Part shown: positions 19,221 to 28,904 of the stretch, one piece after another
Numbering within the stretch: the stretch's first letter is position 1
How the letters are laid out: the number at the start of each line of letters is the position of its first letter
Source: an uncultured delta proteobacterium
GTDB lineage: Bacteria; Desulfobacterota; RBG-13-43-22
Direction: 5' to 3'
Assembly: GCA_963790475.1 (NCBI GenBank)
Contig: CAWBOS010000012.1
Span: 608,001 to 672,000, forward strand
Length of the DNA: 64,000 nucleotides
The notes under the pieces: model-generated
Seen by the model: only the letters and a program-made list of their open reading frames with translations
Told to the model about the DNA's origin: nothing
Databases searched by the model: none
Program-made: the position numbers and the translations under genes

Positions 19221-19637
19221 TCAGTCGGATCCCAATTCCACAAAGTCCTGAGGGAACCCTTGATTTCCAGCTAGGACATCTTCGATGGATTGAATCAATT
19301 CGGCCCGGGAAGAATCCTTTAAAAGATACCCATCCGCACCGGCCTTTTGGGCGGCCGCCAGGTATTCAGGGGTTTTATGAACGGTGAAAACCAGGACTTT
19401 AGTCCCCGGCCGTTTTTTCTTGATTTCCTTGGTAGCGGCGAGACCGTCCATCCGGGGCATGGATATATCCATCAAAACCAGGTCGGGCAGCAATCTTTCG
19501 ACAGAATTGAGGGCTTCAACCCCATCGGCCGCTTCACCAACAATATCTAAGGCCGGAAATTGTGAAAGAATGGACTTTAATCCCTCTCGGAGAGCGGGAT
19601 TGTCATCAACGATCAGGATCCGCTGTGGTTTAACCAT
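19221..19637 (-). CDS. Stand-alone NarL-like receiver (no LuxR HTH)
   Basis: ILIVDD, VLMDISMPRMDG, FT and GYLLKD motifs; ends just after the REC domain. Confidence 0.88.
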   Translation of the reverse strand: MVKPQRILIVDDNPALREGLKSILSQFPALDIVGEAADGVEALNSVERLLPDLVLMDISMPRMDGLAATKEIKKKRPGTKVLVFTVHKTPEYLAAAQKAGADGYLLKDSSRAELIQSIEDVLAGNQGFPQDFVELGSD

Positions 19638-19843
19638 AAGTTAGGTAACAAGTATTAAAAGGCCATCTTTTATAAATATAATAATATAAATATATTAATA
19701 AGTACAAATGAACCTTATCAAAGATTATAAGAGAAAAAAATGGTGGGAAAACTGTATTTTCTCGAGAAAAAGGCTGTATTTTAAATCGGACGGTCCCGAA
19801 AATCTATCCGGCGATCTTATTAAAGGGCGATAGTTTGAAAAAT

Positions 19844-22231
19844 TCAGATGGGCCAAACGGCCCGGATAACAGTTCCTTTTCCCTTGACGGAATCGATTGA
19901 AAAAGAGCCGCCTGAGAACTCAATCCGTTCTTCCATACTGGATAACCCCAAACCTTTTTTTGAATTATCCCTTGAGGATAGACTTCCGAGATCAAATCCT
20001 TCTCCATTATCTTTGATACACAGTTCAATGACGCCGTCGACTTTTCGCAACCCGAGATAGACCGAGTCGGCCTTAGCATACTTGCCGATATTATTCAGGG
20101 CTTCCTGGGTAATCCTAAAAAAAACGATTTTAAGATGGTCAGGCACCTCCTCTTCCCGGATGGTAACCGCTTGTTCAACTTCGATGCCGGAGTAAATCGT
20201 TTCAAATCTCCGGCAGAACCAGGAAAGGGTGGCCAAAATGCCCAGGTCATCCAGAAGAGGGGGCCGCAAATCGGCCTGAATTCTGCGGGCCTCTTCAATC
20301 GTTTCCTTGATGAGGGGGATGAGGGTCTCCAGGGGTTTGGATACAGCCCTATTCAAGGTTCCGTCCTTGGGGAGATGACCTAAGGCCTCTTCCGCCTTGA
20401 ATTTGATGGCACTCAGGGATGACCCCAGGACATCGTGAACTTCCAAGGCGACCCTTTTCCTTTCACTTTCCTGGGCGGAGAGGATCTGGGAGGCCAGGAT
20501 CTGAAGTTGCTTCTTTGATTTCTGCAAGGCCTGCTCTATCTTCAGTCGTTCGGCAATTTCGATAGTGAGTTCTTCATTGCTTTGAGCCAGCTCTGCGGTT
20601 CGTTCAAGGACCCGGATTTCCATTTCATTACGTGATTGGCGAAGCTCTTCCTCCATCTGCTTGAGTTCAGTGATATCACGCGTTACAGAAACCGATCCTA
20701 TGATATTACCTAGGGCATCTCTAACCGGGGAAGAGCTGACCTGACGAAATCGCAACTCTCCCCGTGCCGGAGTGCGGATTATCTCTTCCTGGTTCCTGAT
20801 TACTTCTCCCTGGAGCGCTCGCAATGGCGGTGCCTCTTCGATAGGCCGACGGCTGCCATCCGGGCGATAGACTTCCAGGTTTGCCGCGAATTTTTCCACA
20901 TCTATCGCTTCATCGGAAGACCCGATACCGAATTCCTGAAGGGCCGATGGGTTGGCCAAAATGAATTGCTTCTTGGTATCGGCAAACCACACTTCGTCGG
21001 TGATGCTGTTTACCAATGCGGATAATCGGTCCCGCTCCTGTTGGACAGCTGTCAGAAGTTCCTGGGTTTTCTCTTCAACCCGCTTACGTTCCGATACGTC
21101 GAGAAACGCCACGCCAAAGCATCCCCCCTTGGTTTGAAAAGCGCTTACCTCGTAATGACGATCCAGGGCCTCGCTCCACGCTTCGAAGTGAGCCGGCTGA
21201 CCGGTCAAGGCCACTGACCCATAACGCTCAACCCAGAGATTCTCCGATTGGGGCAAAACTTCATAAAGTGTTCTCCCCACGATATCTACGGCCTTGAGTC
21301 CGGTCATACGTTCGAAGGCCGGGTTCACCTGGAGAAACCGGTAGTCGCAGGGCCGGCCCTGGTCATCGCAGATGATCTCATGGATGGCGAAGCCTTCGGT
21401 CATGGTGTCAAACAGCTTTCGGTACTGCTCCTCGCTTTGGGCGAGTTCCCGGAACAAGGTTCGATAAGGTCGCTGGAGGCCGGTTTCGATAATTGCTTTG
21501 TACAGCAGGACGCAAACGATGATTTTCAGGAAATGGCCCACCTGGTTGAACAGGCCGTATACGTCCACATACAAGGTGAAGGACAGTTCCGAGACGATAC
21601 TCACTCCCAGGGCGGCAATCACCAAGCGCAATACCATTTGGTCCAGGTGTTGCCGCCGTCGGTAGACGAAGAAGATTGCTCCGGACAGCAAAACGCAGAT
21701 GAGGTATTCGCTGATGACCTTGAAGGCCGTCAGACCCTGCCCTTCGACGAAACAGGACGGGAACCATCCGCCGAATATCATGGTCAGTGACAGCGCCGTT
21801 ACCAAACCATAGGCCGACAACAGTCTTATGGCCTTTACCCGCCGAGTCAGGAACAAGGGCGCCATCAACAATGACAACGCCTCCAGACCCCGCGCGGCGA
21901 TCCAAAACTGCGTCGGCAGGTCGGCCGTTGCGCCAGGGAACACCCCCATTCCCTTATAGGCCAACATATGAAGGAGATCGAGTGCCCCTACCGCCAGAAA
22001 GGCAACACCCAAAAAGAGAAAGAAACTGTGGGCTATGAACCGGCGAGAGTTCCAGGCCACGATAAATATCCCCCAGGCCACTAAAACCGAAAACAACTCC
22101 GCCAGACTATGAAACAGCAGATAACTCACGCGGTTTGTCAGCCAAAACCCGATCAGGCTGATTCCTGTCGCCACCATGATGATGAGGGCCTTCATTGTAC
22201 TCGGCGGTGAAGCCGCTGCGTCCTTTTCCAT
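19844..22231 (-). CDS. MASE3-PAS-PAS sensor histidine kinase (HisKA_3 type)
   Basis: YLLFHSLAELFS..LDLLHMLAYKGM (MASE3), two PAS domains, ERKRVALEVHD, QEALNNI, DNGEGF and GLGLSSM. Confidence 0.92.
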   Translation of the reverse strand: MEKDAAASPPSTMKALIIMVATGISLIGFWLTNRVSYLLFHSLAELFSVLVAWGIFIVAWNSRRFIAHSFFLFLGVAFLAVGALDLLHMLAYKGMGVFPGATADLPTQFWIAARGLEALSLLMAPLFLTRRVKAIRLLSAYGLVTALSLTMIFGGWFPSCFVEGQGLTAFKVISEYLICVLLSGAIFFVYRRRQHLDQMVLRLVIAALGVSIVSELSFTLYVDVYGLFNQVGHFLKIIVCVLLYKAIIETGLQRPYRTLFRELAQSEEQYRKLFDTMTEGFAIHEIICDDQGRPCDYRFLQVNPAFERMTGLKAVDIVGRTLYEVLPQSENLWVERYGSVALTGQPAHFEAWSEALDRHYEVSAFQTKGGCFGVAFLDVSERKRVEEKTQELLTAVQQERDRLSALVNSITDEVWFADTKKQFILANPSALQEFGIGSSDEAIDVEKFAANLEVYRPDGSRRPIEEAPPLRALQGEVIRNQEEIIRTPARGELRFRQVSSSPVRDALGNIIGSVSVTRDITELKQMEEELRQSRNEMEIRVLERTAELAQSNEELTIEIAERLKIEQALQKSKKQLQILASQILSAQESERKRVALEVHDVLGSSLSAIKFKAEEALGHLPKDGTLNRAVSKPLETLIPLIKETIEEARRIQADLRPPLLDDLGILATLSWFCRRFETIYSGIEVEQAVTIREEEVPDHLKIVFFRITQEALNNIGKYAKADSVYLGLRKVDGVIELCIKDNGEGFDLGSLSSRDNSKKGLGLSSMEERIEFSGGSFSIDSVKGKGTVIRAVWPI

Positions 22232-22240
22232 TTTTCAGTC

Positions 22241-22807
22241 TTATCCAGACACCCTTTTAAGCAGCCAGGCCATTCTTTGTCCAAGCGTTTTTACCATCTG
22301 AATCCCTTCCTCATCTTTTTCCACTTCCCCGATATTCCTGCCAATGCCGATAGCTCTCCCGACAATAAACATTTGCCCGGCAAGAAAAAAGTGATTCAAG
22401 GAATCAAGGGTGTGGATGCCCCCGGTGCGACGCAAAGCGACTACAGAAGCCCCCGCCTTATTTCTATACAGACCGCCATTGGCCAGAGATACAAAACCGG
22501 CACGATCAATCAGGGCCTTCATTTCGGCAGTCACATCGGCGAAATAAACGGGCGATCCCAGAATAATCCCATCGGCCTTGATCATTTTTTCAATGCATTC
22601 ATTGGCAAAGTCCTCTTTGACGGAACAGCGCTGATCCTTATTTTCAAAACATTTATAGCAAGCGATACAACCATGGATTTTTTTCCCGGATAACTGGACC
22701 AATTCAGTTTCCAGCCCTTCTTTTTCCAGTTCACGGAAGACATGGTTAATAAGGATGGCCGTATTGCCATCTTTCCTGGGGCTGCCATTAAAGGCCACAA
22801 TTTTCAT
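22241..22807 (-). CDS. Flavodoxin-family iron-sulfur flavoprotein (NADPH-dependent FMN reductase family)
   Basis: NGSPRKDGNT, CIACYKC..C and GSPVYF motifs. Confidence 0.9.
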   Translation of the reverse strand: MKIVAFNGSPRKDGNTAILINHVFRELEKEGLETELVQLSGKKIHGCIACYKCFENKDQRCSVKEDFANECIEKMIKADGIILGSPVYFADVTAEMKALIDRAGFVSLANGGLYRNKAGASVVALRRTGGIHTLDSLNHFFLAGQMFIVGRAIGIGRNIGEVEKDEEGIQMVKTLGQRMAWLLKRVSG

Positions 22808-23099
22808 AGTATTCCCGTCCTTTCTGAGTTATTAATTATGTAAAATTGAAGAGTTAATATCTTGTCAGAGTTTCGACTATCATGGCAAAATTTTTTCTAA
22901 CGTGATACACCTACTAATGCTTTAAGAAGACAGTTCTAAAAATTAACAATTACTGTTTGAAAGGTGCAAAAAAGGCAGAGCTAAATTACCTGATTTTGCA
23001 TTGTCAAGTTGGGGAAAAATTCCACCTCTCTGTTGAGAAAGGGGGTTTGTTATCTTCATTGACGCTCCTTAAAAAGGGTTGCAGACGTTTTAGATGTCT

Positions 23100-23804
23100 T
23101 TCTTACTGTTAAGTATTTTTATAACCTTTTCTTTTCGCTTTTCAATTTTTTCCTTTTCTCCCGCATATAACCACACTTTATCATCATATTTTTGATAAGA
23201 TTCTATCACTTCAAGGCATTCTTTGTATTTTTTTTTGCTTCTCCAAAACAAGCGACATTCGATAAATTGGAAATCTTACTCTTCTCCAGGTAGCTGGATA
23301 TTTTTCACATTCTCTATCCATCCCTATTAACATATCGGTCGCTTTTTTATACAATTTTATCGACTGTTCATAATTGTTATTCTCTAATTTTTTTGCTTCA
23401 TTGATTAAATCTGACGCTCTCTCATCTTTCATATTAAATCTTTTATATTCTTTCCAATCTACCTCGCTTTTTTTAATTTCAATAAAACATTGCATTTTCT
23501 TTCTTTTAATAAGTATCTCCTTAATTATCGCCGACACTTCTGAGCCATGATCAATATCAAAAGCTAAATAATGATGTCTTTCGTCAGCCTGATTCACTTC
23601 TCCAATATATTCTCCGTATTTATTTGTTACTCTAACATACCCAGGATAATCTTGTCTGTGTTCCCGTATTAATATTAGATCATCACCTTCTTTGCATTGT
23701 GATAATATTTTTTCATCTACGTTTTTTAATTTAGTTGTAAAATTATTAATATGATCTAATCCAAAAAGACTATCTATACTAATTTCAATGCCAAGAAAGG
23801 CGGA
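23100..23804 (-). pseudogene. AT-rich HIRAN-like/TPR-like protein, 5'-truncated and frameshifted
   Basis: The frame is open upstream of the listed ORF (CKEGDDLILIRE..VRVTNKYGEYIGEV) with no start; a frameshift in an A9 run near 23230 continues as KKYKECLEVIESY. Confidence 0.5.
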
Positions 23805-23819
23805 TTAAGATTACAGGAC

Positions 23820-25313
23820 CTATTCCCAGGCTGCCCGTTCTTCTTCGAAAGGGGCCTTCTGAACCCCGGCTCTCCGGTCAAAAATCATCGTTGGTCGATT
23901 TTTAGTATCATAGGGTTCCCAACCCTTTAAATCTTCATGGTTGGGATTGCCGGTGCGGGCAAAGGCTATCCAGGAATCCATCATTTTTTGACATAACCGG
24001 CCCGCTTCAGGGCCGGCACCCACAAACCGCTGTTCCATAGGATGGTTGCAGGTACCGAAGACAAAGGGCATTTCCAGGGCGTGACAGGAACCCAGTGCCC
24101 CGCGTAGGGCCGGTGATTCCCAGGTAAACAGATAAACATAGGCCCGGCCGTGAGCATCGGCTAAACGAAGAGCGGGAAGGCGGAAACGCAGGTCACTCAA
24201 CAGGGCATCTTCAATGTCACGATTATCAAAAGGGAGTCCGTGTTCGGCCCTCGATTTCTTATATTTGCCGATAAGGTCAGCACTAGCGGTCTTGATTCCT
24301 TTCCCCTTTAGTCCTTCAACGATCTTTTCCAAATCCATATCGGAAATGGGCTTCAAATTTTTATGATCCTTGAACAGTTTCATTTCATCTCTGTTATTTC
24401 CTACCATCAAAGAGATATCCCGGGTTCCTCCCTCTCCGACTATTTCAAGGGACTGCCGGGGTAAGGTAAGTTCATCGATTGTCGGCCGGAATCTCAGGTT
24501 GAAGTTGTTTTGCAGCCGGACCAGTACATTGGTTTGGGCCTTTAAAAGATCTTCAACCGGTATGTCCCAAAGCCTTTGTGCTTCGCCGGGGTTTAGGCCG
24601 AGTTCGGACAAAAAGATTTCGGTCAGATGAGAAGCCTGCTCCGGAGTCAGGGCCAATCCGGTACCACTTTGGGCAATTACCCGATGAAACAAACCCCTGG
24701 CCGCAGGCATGGCCATTAAGGTAACCACGGCCGACGCCCCTGCCGATTCGCCAAAGATGGTCACCTTGTCCGGGTTTCCGCCAAAGGCCTCGATATTATC
24801 CCGGACCCACTTAAGGGCCGCAATCTGATCCAGTTGCCCGCAATTGGCAGAGACACCCCATTCCTTTCCGCCATGATTTCCAAGGAAAAGGTACCCCAGG
24901 ACACCCAAACGGTAATTGATGGTTACGACAACTACATCTCCCCGCTCAGCCAGAAACCTTCCGTTATAGAGGGGGGAGTCGCTGGTGCCGTGGGTAAATC
25001 CACCACCGTGAATCCAAAACATTACCGGCCGCTTTTTCTTGTCGGCCCTCGGGGTATAAATGTTCAGATAGAGACAATCTTCCCCTACCGGACCATCAGC
25101 CGCGAACCCAATGATAGGGTGGCTGCCCTGAAGTGATGAAGTGCCGAACTTTTTGGCCGGTCGCACTTGACTCCACGGATCAGGGGGGACCGGGGAATGA
25201 AACCGCAGTTCCCCCACAGGTGGGTGCGCATAGGGGATTCCTAAAAATACCTGACCTCTTGCTTCTTGAATCCCCTCAACGGGGCCATATTTGGTATCGA
25301 TTATTGGTTCCAT
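23820..25313 (-). CDS. Type B carboxylesterase
   Basis: FLGIPYA, EDCLYLNIY, WIHGGGF, FGESAG (catalytic Ser) and HALEMPFVFG motifs. Confidence 0.95.
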   Translation of the reverse strand: MEPIIDTKYGPVEGIQEARGQVFLGIPYAHPPVGELRFHSPVPPDPWSQVRPAKKFGTSSLQGSHPIIGFAADGPVGEDCLYLNIYTPRADKKKRPVMFWIHGGGFTHGTSDSPLYNGRFLAERGDVVVVTINYRLGVLGYLFLGNHGGKEWGVSANCGQLDQIAALKWVRDNIEAFGGNPDKVTIFGESAGASAVVTLMAMPAARGLFHRVIAQSGTGLALTPEQASHLTEIFLSELGLNPGEAQRLWDIPVEDLLKAQTNVLVRLQNNFNLRFRPTIDELTLPRQSLEIVGEGGTRDISLMVGNNRDEMKLFKDHKNLKPISDMDLEKIVEGLKGKGIKTASADLIGKYKKSRAEHGLPFDNRDIEDALLSDLRFRLPALRLADAHGRAYVYLFTWESPALRGALGSCHALEMPFVFGTCNHPMEQRFVGAGPEAGRLCQKMMDSWIAFARTGNPNHEDLKGWEPYDTKNRPTMIFDRRAGVQKAPFEEERAAWE

Positions 25314-25335
25314 GTTTTATCTCTTCCTCTTCGGG

Positions 25336-26178
25336 TTAGATCTGACTGTACCCCGTTCCCTTGATTTCAATGCCCCGGCCTTCGGCCTTTTCGATCCAGC
25401 CAAACTCCTTCAATATGGCTTGGCTGTAGGTGACCCGTCCGGTGATCTTATCCAGGGGCTCTGTGGCCAATAAAAGGATGGCCCGGGCCATTATTTCGGG
25501 CGGCTCTCCGCGGGGATCATCATATCCGGTCACCAGCTTGTGATATACCGTGCCGGGTGTCGGAACGACTTTGGATGGGGAGAGGCAGGTGACCGATATC
25601 CCATATTGATAGACCTCCTGGGCCAATCCCTGGGTGAATCGTTCCAGGGCCGCTTTCGAAGCCCCGTACATGGTTCCTCCGGTGCCGGGACTTTTATAGG
25701 GCCCGCGGCCGGGACCGATCGCCGCCCCGGAGGAGACGTTTACTATAGCCCCTTGGCCTTGCTCTATCATGTCCGGCAGAACCTTTTGCGAGAGCATAAA
25801 CGGCCCATGGACATTAACGGAAAAGGCCCTGACCCACCGTTGTACCGGATAGTCCTTGATAGGGATGTAATAGTTCAAGGCCGCATTATTCACCAACACC
25901 TCCACCGGACCGAACTCCTTGCGGGCCGTATTCACCAGATTTTCACAACTGCTTTCGGAGGACACATCGGTCTGAACCCCGATCGCCACTCCTCCGGATT
26001 TTCTAATCTCGGAGACCGTTTCATTGATGGATCCACCCAGTTTATGTTCTCCTTCTCCAAGAGTGCGGGCGGCACAAACCACCCGGGCCCCTTCAGCGGC
26101 GAAAAGGGTGCTGATTGCTTTGCCAATACCACGGCTGGCGCCGGTAACCACAGCGACTTTACCATCCAACTTGCCCAT
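25336..26178 (-). CDS. Short-chain dehydrogenase/reductase
   Basis: TGASRGIG, NNAA and YGASK motifs. Confidence 0.93.
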   Translation of the reverse strand: MGKLDGKVAVVTGASRGIGKAISTLFAAEGARVVCAARTLGEGEHKLGGSINETVSEIRKSGGVAIGVQTDVSSESSCENLVNTARKEFGPVEVLVNNAALNYYIPIKDYPVQRWVRAFSVNVHGPFMLSQKVLPDMIEQGQGAIVNVSSGAAIGPGRGPYKSPGTGGTMYGASKAALERFTQGLAQEVYQYGISVTCLSPSKVVPTPGTVYHKLVTGYDDPRGEPPEIMARAILLLATEPLDKITGRVTYSQAILKEFGWIEKAEGRGIEIKGTGYSQI

Positions 26179-26425
26179 ATCGACCTCCTATAATTTGAAC
26201 TTGACCACCATTCCTATTTTTCTCTTTTTTATATTAAAAAGTCAATGTTCGAATTATCCTTGACCCCTCCGCGGGGTTTATTTAATATCATTTGGGGACT
26301 CGAAAAATTGGGGCATCAGGGAAATTGTTTGGAGGGTCGTTAATAACAAGCTATAGCCCATTTTTTATCCCAAAAAGAAAAATGGGAAGTCAAGGATTAA
26401 CGGTTATTCTTCGGAAGTTTAACCT

Positions 26426-27259
26426 ATGAACCAACTCAAGTCGAGATTGAAAAGATTCCTGTTCGTCTTTTGCGCCCTGATGATCCTGGGAACCATCGGT
26501 TTTATGATCATCGAAAACCGGTCTTTTGTCGATTCCCTTTATTACGTCATTGTCACGATTGCCACGGTGGGTTATGGCGACATCCACCCGGAGACCACCA
26601 CCGGTAAAATCTTTGCCATCGCCCTCATTGTCATGGGTGTGGGCACTTTTCTCGGGGTCATCGGTAACATCACCGAAATCATGCTGGCCAGACGGGAATT
26701 TGAAACCCGCATGGAAAAGTTGAACATGGTCATCGGTGTATTTTACAGCGAAGTCGGCTTGGGACTTCTCGGTTATTTTTCCGGGTATGCCCCCGATTTC
26801 GACGGGATCCGGCCTGATCTCCTGGTTACGACCAAATGGACGGAGAAGGATTTTATCAAGGCCGGGAAAGATTCTATCCACCATCAATATGGAGTTGACA
26901 TGACCAGGGTGGATCTGGTTTTGCTAAAAGGCTTCCTGTTCGATAAGAGGAATTTTCTCCTGAGGCTTCTTGAAAACCCAGTGCTCCTTGAACACCAATC
27001 CTTCACCGATCTTCTTCGCGCCGTCTTTCATCTCACCGAGGAACTGGCTTACCGCAATACTTTTACCGATCTGCCTAAGGCCGATAGCCTGCACCTGGCC
27101 AGCGACATCAAAAGGGCCTATCACTTAGTCGTGAGTGAGTGGATTTCTTATATGAAATACTTGAAAAACAACTATCCCTTTCTTTTCTCGCCGGCGATAC
27201 GGACGAATCCTTTTGATCCGAATGCCTCGGTGGTCATTACCAAATCCCCTGATGTCTGA
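26426..27259 (+). CDS. 2-TM potassium channel family protein with a non-RCK C-terminal domain
   Basis: TIATVGYGD selectivity filter between two TM helices. Confidence 0.88.
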   Translation: MNQLKSRLKRFLFVFCALMILGTIGFMIIENRSFVDSLYYVIVTIATVGYGDIHPETTTGKIFAIALIVMGVGTFLGVIGNITEIMLARREFETRMEKLNMVIGVFYSEVGLGLLGYFSGYAPDFDGIRPDLLVTTKWTEKDFIKAGKDSIHHQYGVDMTRVDLVLLKGFLFDKRNFLLRLLENPVLLEHQSFTDLLRAVFHLTEELAYRNTFTDLPKADSLHLASDIKRAYHLVVSEWISYMKYLKNNYPFLFSPAIRTNPFDPNASVVITKSPDV

Positions 27260-27405
27260 TCAAGGGCCTTTCCGAGGAGAAAATTTCCCTGATTCTTGTT
27301 GACAGGGCCTTCGGCTTTTGCCAAAATTGTTCAAAATCCTTGCCCAGTTCAGGAAAAAAGTGAGCTGACCCTAAGAGTAAACCATTTAACAGGAGGAGGG
27401 GGAAA

Positions 27406-28041
27406 ATGCCAAAACCAATTGGATGGAGGCCTCTGAAATTTGGGTTGCTGCTATTTCTTTTAGGGTTCATCGGGTTGTTCTTCACCTTAGGAGGCCTTCC
27501 GGTCTATGCCCAGGCGCAAAAAACTTTGATCGATTTAAACACTGCTTCACAAAAAGACCTTGAGTCCCTCAAGGGTATTGGTCCGGCCACAGCGAAAAAG
27601 ATCATCGGCGGCCGTCCGTATAAAACGGTGGAAGAGCTTAAAAAGGCCGGTGTTTCCGAAAAAACCATTGAATCCCTGAAACCCCTGGTCAAGGTCGGCA
27701 CTGTTTCCGCACCGGCCAAGCCTGCCGCCGAAACAAAACCAGCTATGGCCCCTACATCAGCAAAATCGGCCACTGATACGAGGGCTGCCGCTGCCCCAAC
27801 GGCGGAAAAGGCGAAGCCCAAAGCCGCTACCTCGGCCCCGACCAAACTGGCTCCGGGGCAAAAGGTGAACATCAACACGGCCACTAAAGAACAGATCGAG
27901 GCCCTGCCGGAAATCGGGCCGGTGAAGGCGCAGGCGATCATCGATGGCCGGCCATACAAGAAGCCCGAGGATATTATGAAGGTCAAAGGAATCAAAGAAG
28001 GTATATTTAACAAGGTTAAGGACTTCATTACCGTTCAGTAA
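27406..28041 (+). CDS. ComEA-like exported DNA-binding protein with two helix-hairpin-helix domains
   Basis: Signal peptide; IDLNTAS..LKGIGPATAKKII and VNINTAT..LPEIGPVKAQAII separated by a Pro/Ala/Lys linker. Confidence 0.85.
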   Translation: MPKPIGWRPLKFGLLLFLLGFIGLFFTLGGLPVYAQAQKTLIDLNTASQKDLESLKGIGPATAKKIIGGRPYKTVEELKKAGVSEKTIESLKPLVKVGTVSAPAKPAAETKPAMAPTSAKSATDTRAAAAPTAEKAKPKAATSAPTKLAPGQKVNINTATKEQIEALPEIGPVKAQAIIDGRPYKKPEDIMKVKGIKEGIFNKVKDFITVQ

Positions 28042-28092
28042 AGGGGGTTGTTCCGAGGCAGCCTCAGGTAACATAATTCTATCTAAAGGAGG

Positions 28093-28422
28093 ATGTTAGC
28101 CATGAAGAGTCTTTTTCTAATCATTGTCGCTGTGCTGGTGTGTTCATCCTTGGTCTTTGCGGCCGGTCAGAAGACTTATCAGGTCACCGGACCGGTACTG
28201 GAGATGAAGGATAATATGATCATCGTCCAGAAGGGGCAGGAAAAATGGGAGATCGCCAAGGATGCCGCCACCAAGGTGACCGGTGATCTTAAAGTCGGGT
28301 CCAGAGTAACCATTGAGTACACGATGAAAGCGACCACTATTGAGGTTAAAGATGCAGCGAAGAAAGCCGAGCCCAAGAAAGCAGAACCCAAAAAGGCCGA
28401 GCCGGCACCAGCCAAGAAGTAG
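28093..28422 (+). CDS. Small exported beta-rich hypothetical protein with KKAEP repeats
   Basis: Signal peptide (VFA-A), YQVTGPVLE..GDLKVGSRVTIEY and a (KKAEP)x3 tail; RBS AAGGAGG. Confidence 0.75.
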   Translation: MLAMKSLFLIIVAVLVCSSLVFAAGQKTYQVTGPVLEMKDNMIIVQKGQEKWEIAKDAATKVTGDLKVGSRVTIEYTMKATTIEVKDAAKKAEPKKAEPKKAEPAPAKK

Positions 28423-28444
28423 CTTGACATTAAAAAAGGTAAAT

Positions 28445-28492
28445 AAGCATGATGGCCCCTGCCTTTGAGAAGTCAGGGGCCATCATGCTTTT
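28445..28492 (+). terminator. Intrinsic terminator-like hairpin
   Basis: 17-bp perfect stem AAGCATGATGGCCCCTG / CAGGGGCCATCATGCTT with a short T run, just after the 28093-28422 CDS. Confidence 0.65.
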
Positions 28493-28532
28493 CCCTGGCT
28501 TGGGAGGCCACAACCGAAGCGTGGAGGAGATT

Positions 28533-28692
28533 ACGGGTATTCTTGACGGGATCATAAAAGGAGTAGGGGGAAAAGATTTTCTGGGGAGAAGCGCCGGGGG
28601 GTTTATTCGAGCAGCTACTCGGCTTAATTAACAACCCCCAAACCGGTGGACTATCCGGACTGGTCGAACAATTCACCAGTAAAGGTATGGGC
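28533..28692 (+). pseudogene. YidB/DUF937-like protein, 5' remnant
   Basis: RBS GGAGG then ACG in place of ATG, GILDGIIKG; after a frameshift GGLFEQLLGLINNPQTGGLSGLVEQFTSKGMG, then truncated. Confidence 0.6.
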
Positions 28693-28859
28693 ATATTAAC
28701 GGTGCCGGGAAGGACCTCGATCTCAAAATCCTCCGAAACCAGGGCAAAGGCTTTATCGAAAGAGGCCTTCCCGTATTGTCCGCTGCCATCAACAATGTGT
28801 TGTAAGTATTTTATCGCTGTTTGCGTATTGCGTTCTTTTTTGGATATGTTTCCCATCAC
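28690..28859 (-). pseudogene. SnoaL/NTF2-like protein, 5' remnant
   Basis: ERNTQTAIKYLQHI..FDKAFALVSEDFEIEVLPG is SnoaL-like; the rest of the listed ORF (to 28473) is antisense YidB sequence. Confidence 0.45.
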
Positions 28860-28904
28860 GGTCCGACTCCCCAGATAGTTTTTCTTAGGCCGGGATTTTT
28901 TCAG

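Noticed and set aside
19750-19785. Direct repeat CTGTATTTT x2 upstream of the receiver gene
   Set aside because: Could be a response-regulator site, but it is too short and AT-rich to support without comparative data.
28360-28405. 15-bp tandem repeats as a CRISPR array or VNTR
   Set aside because: They are synonymously diverged codons for KKAEP x3 inside a CDS, with no spacers.
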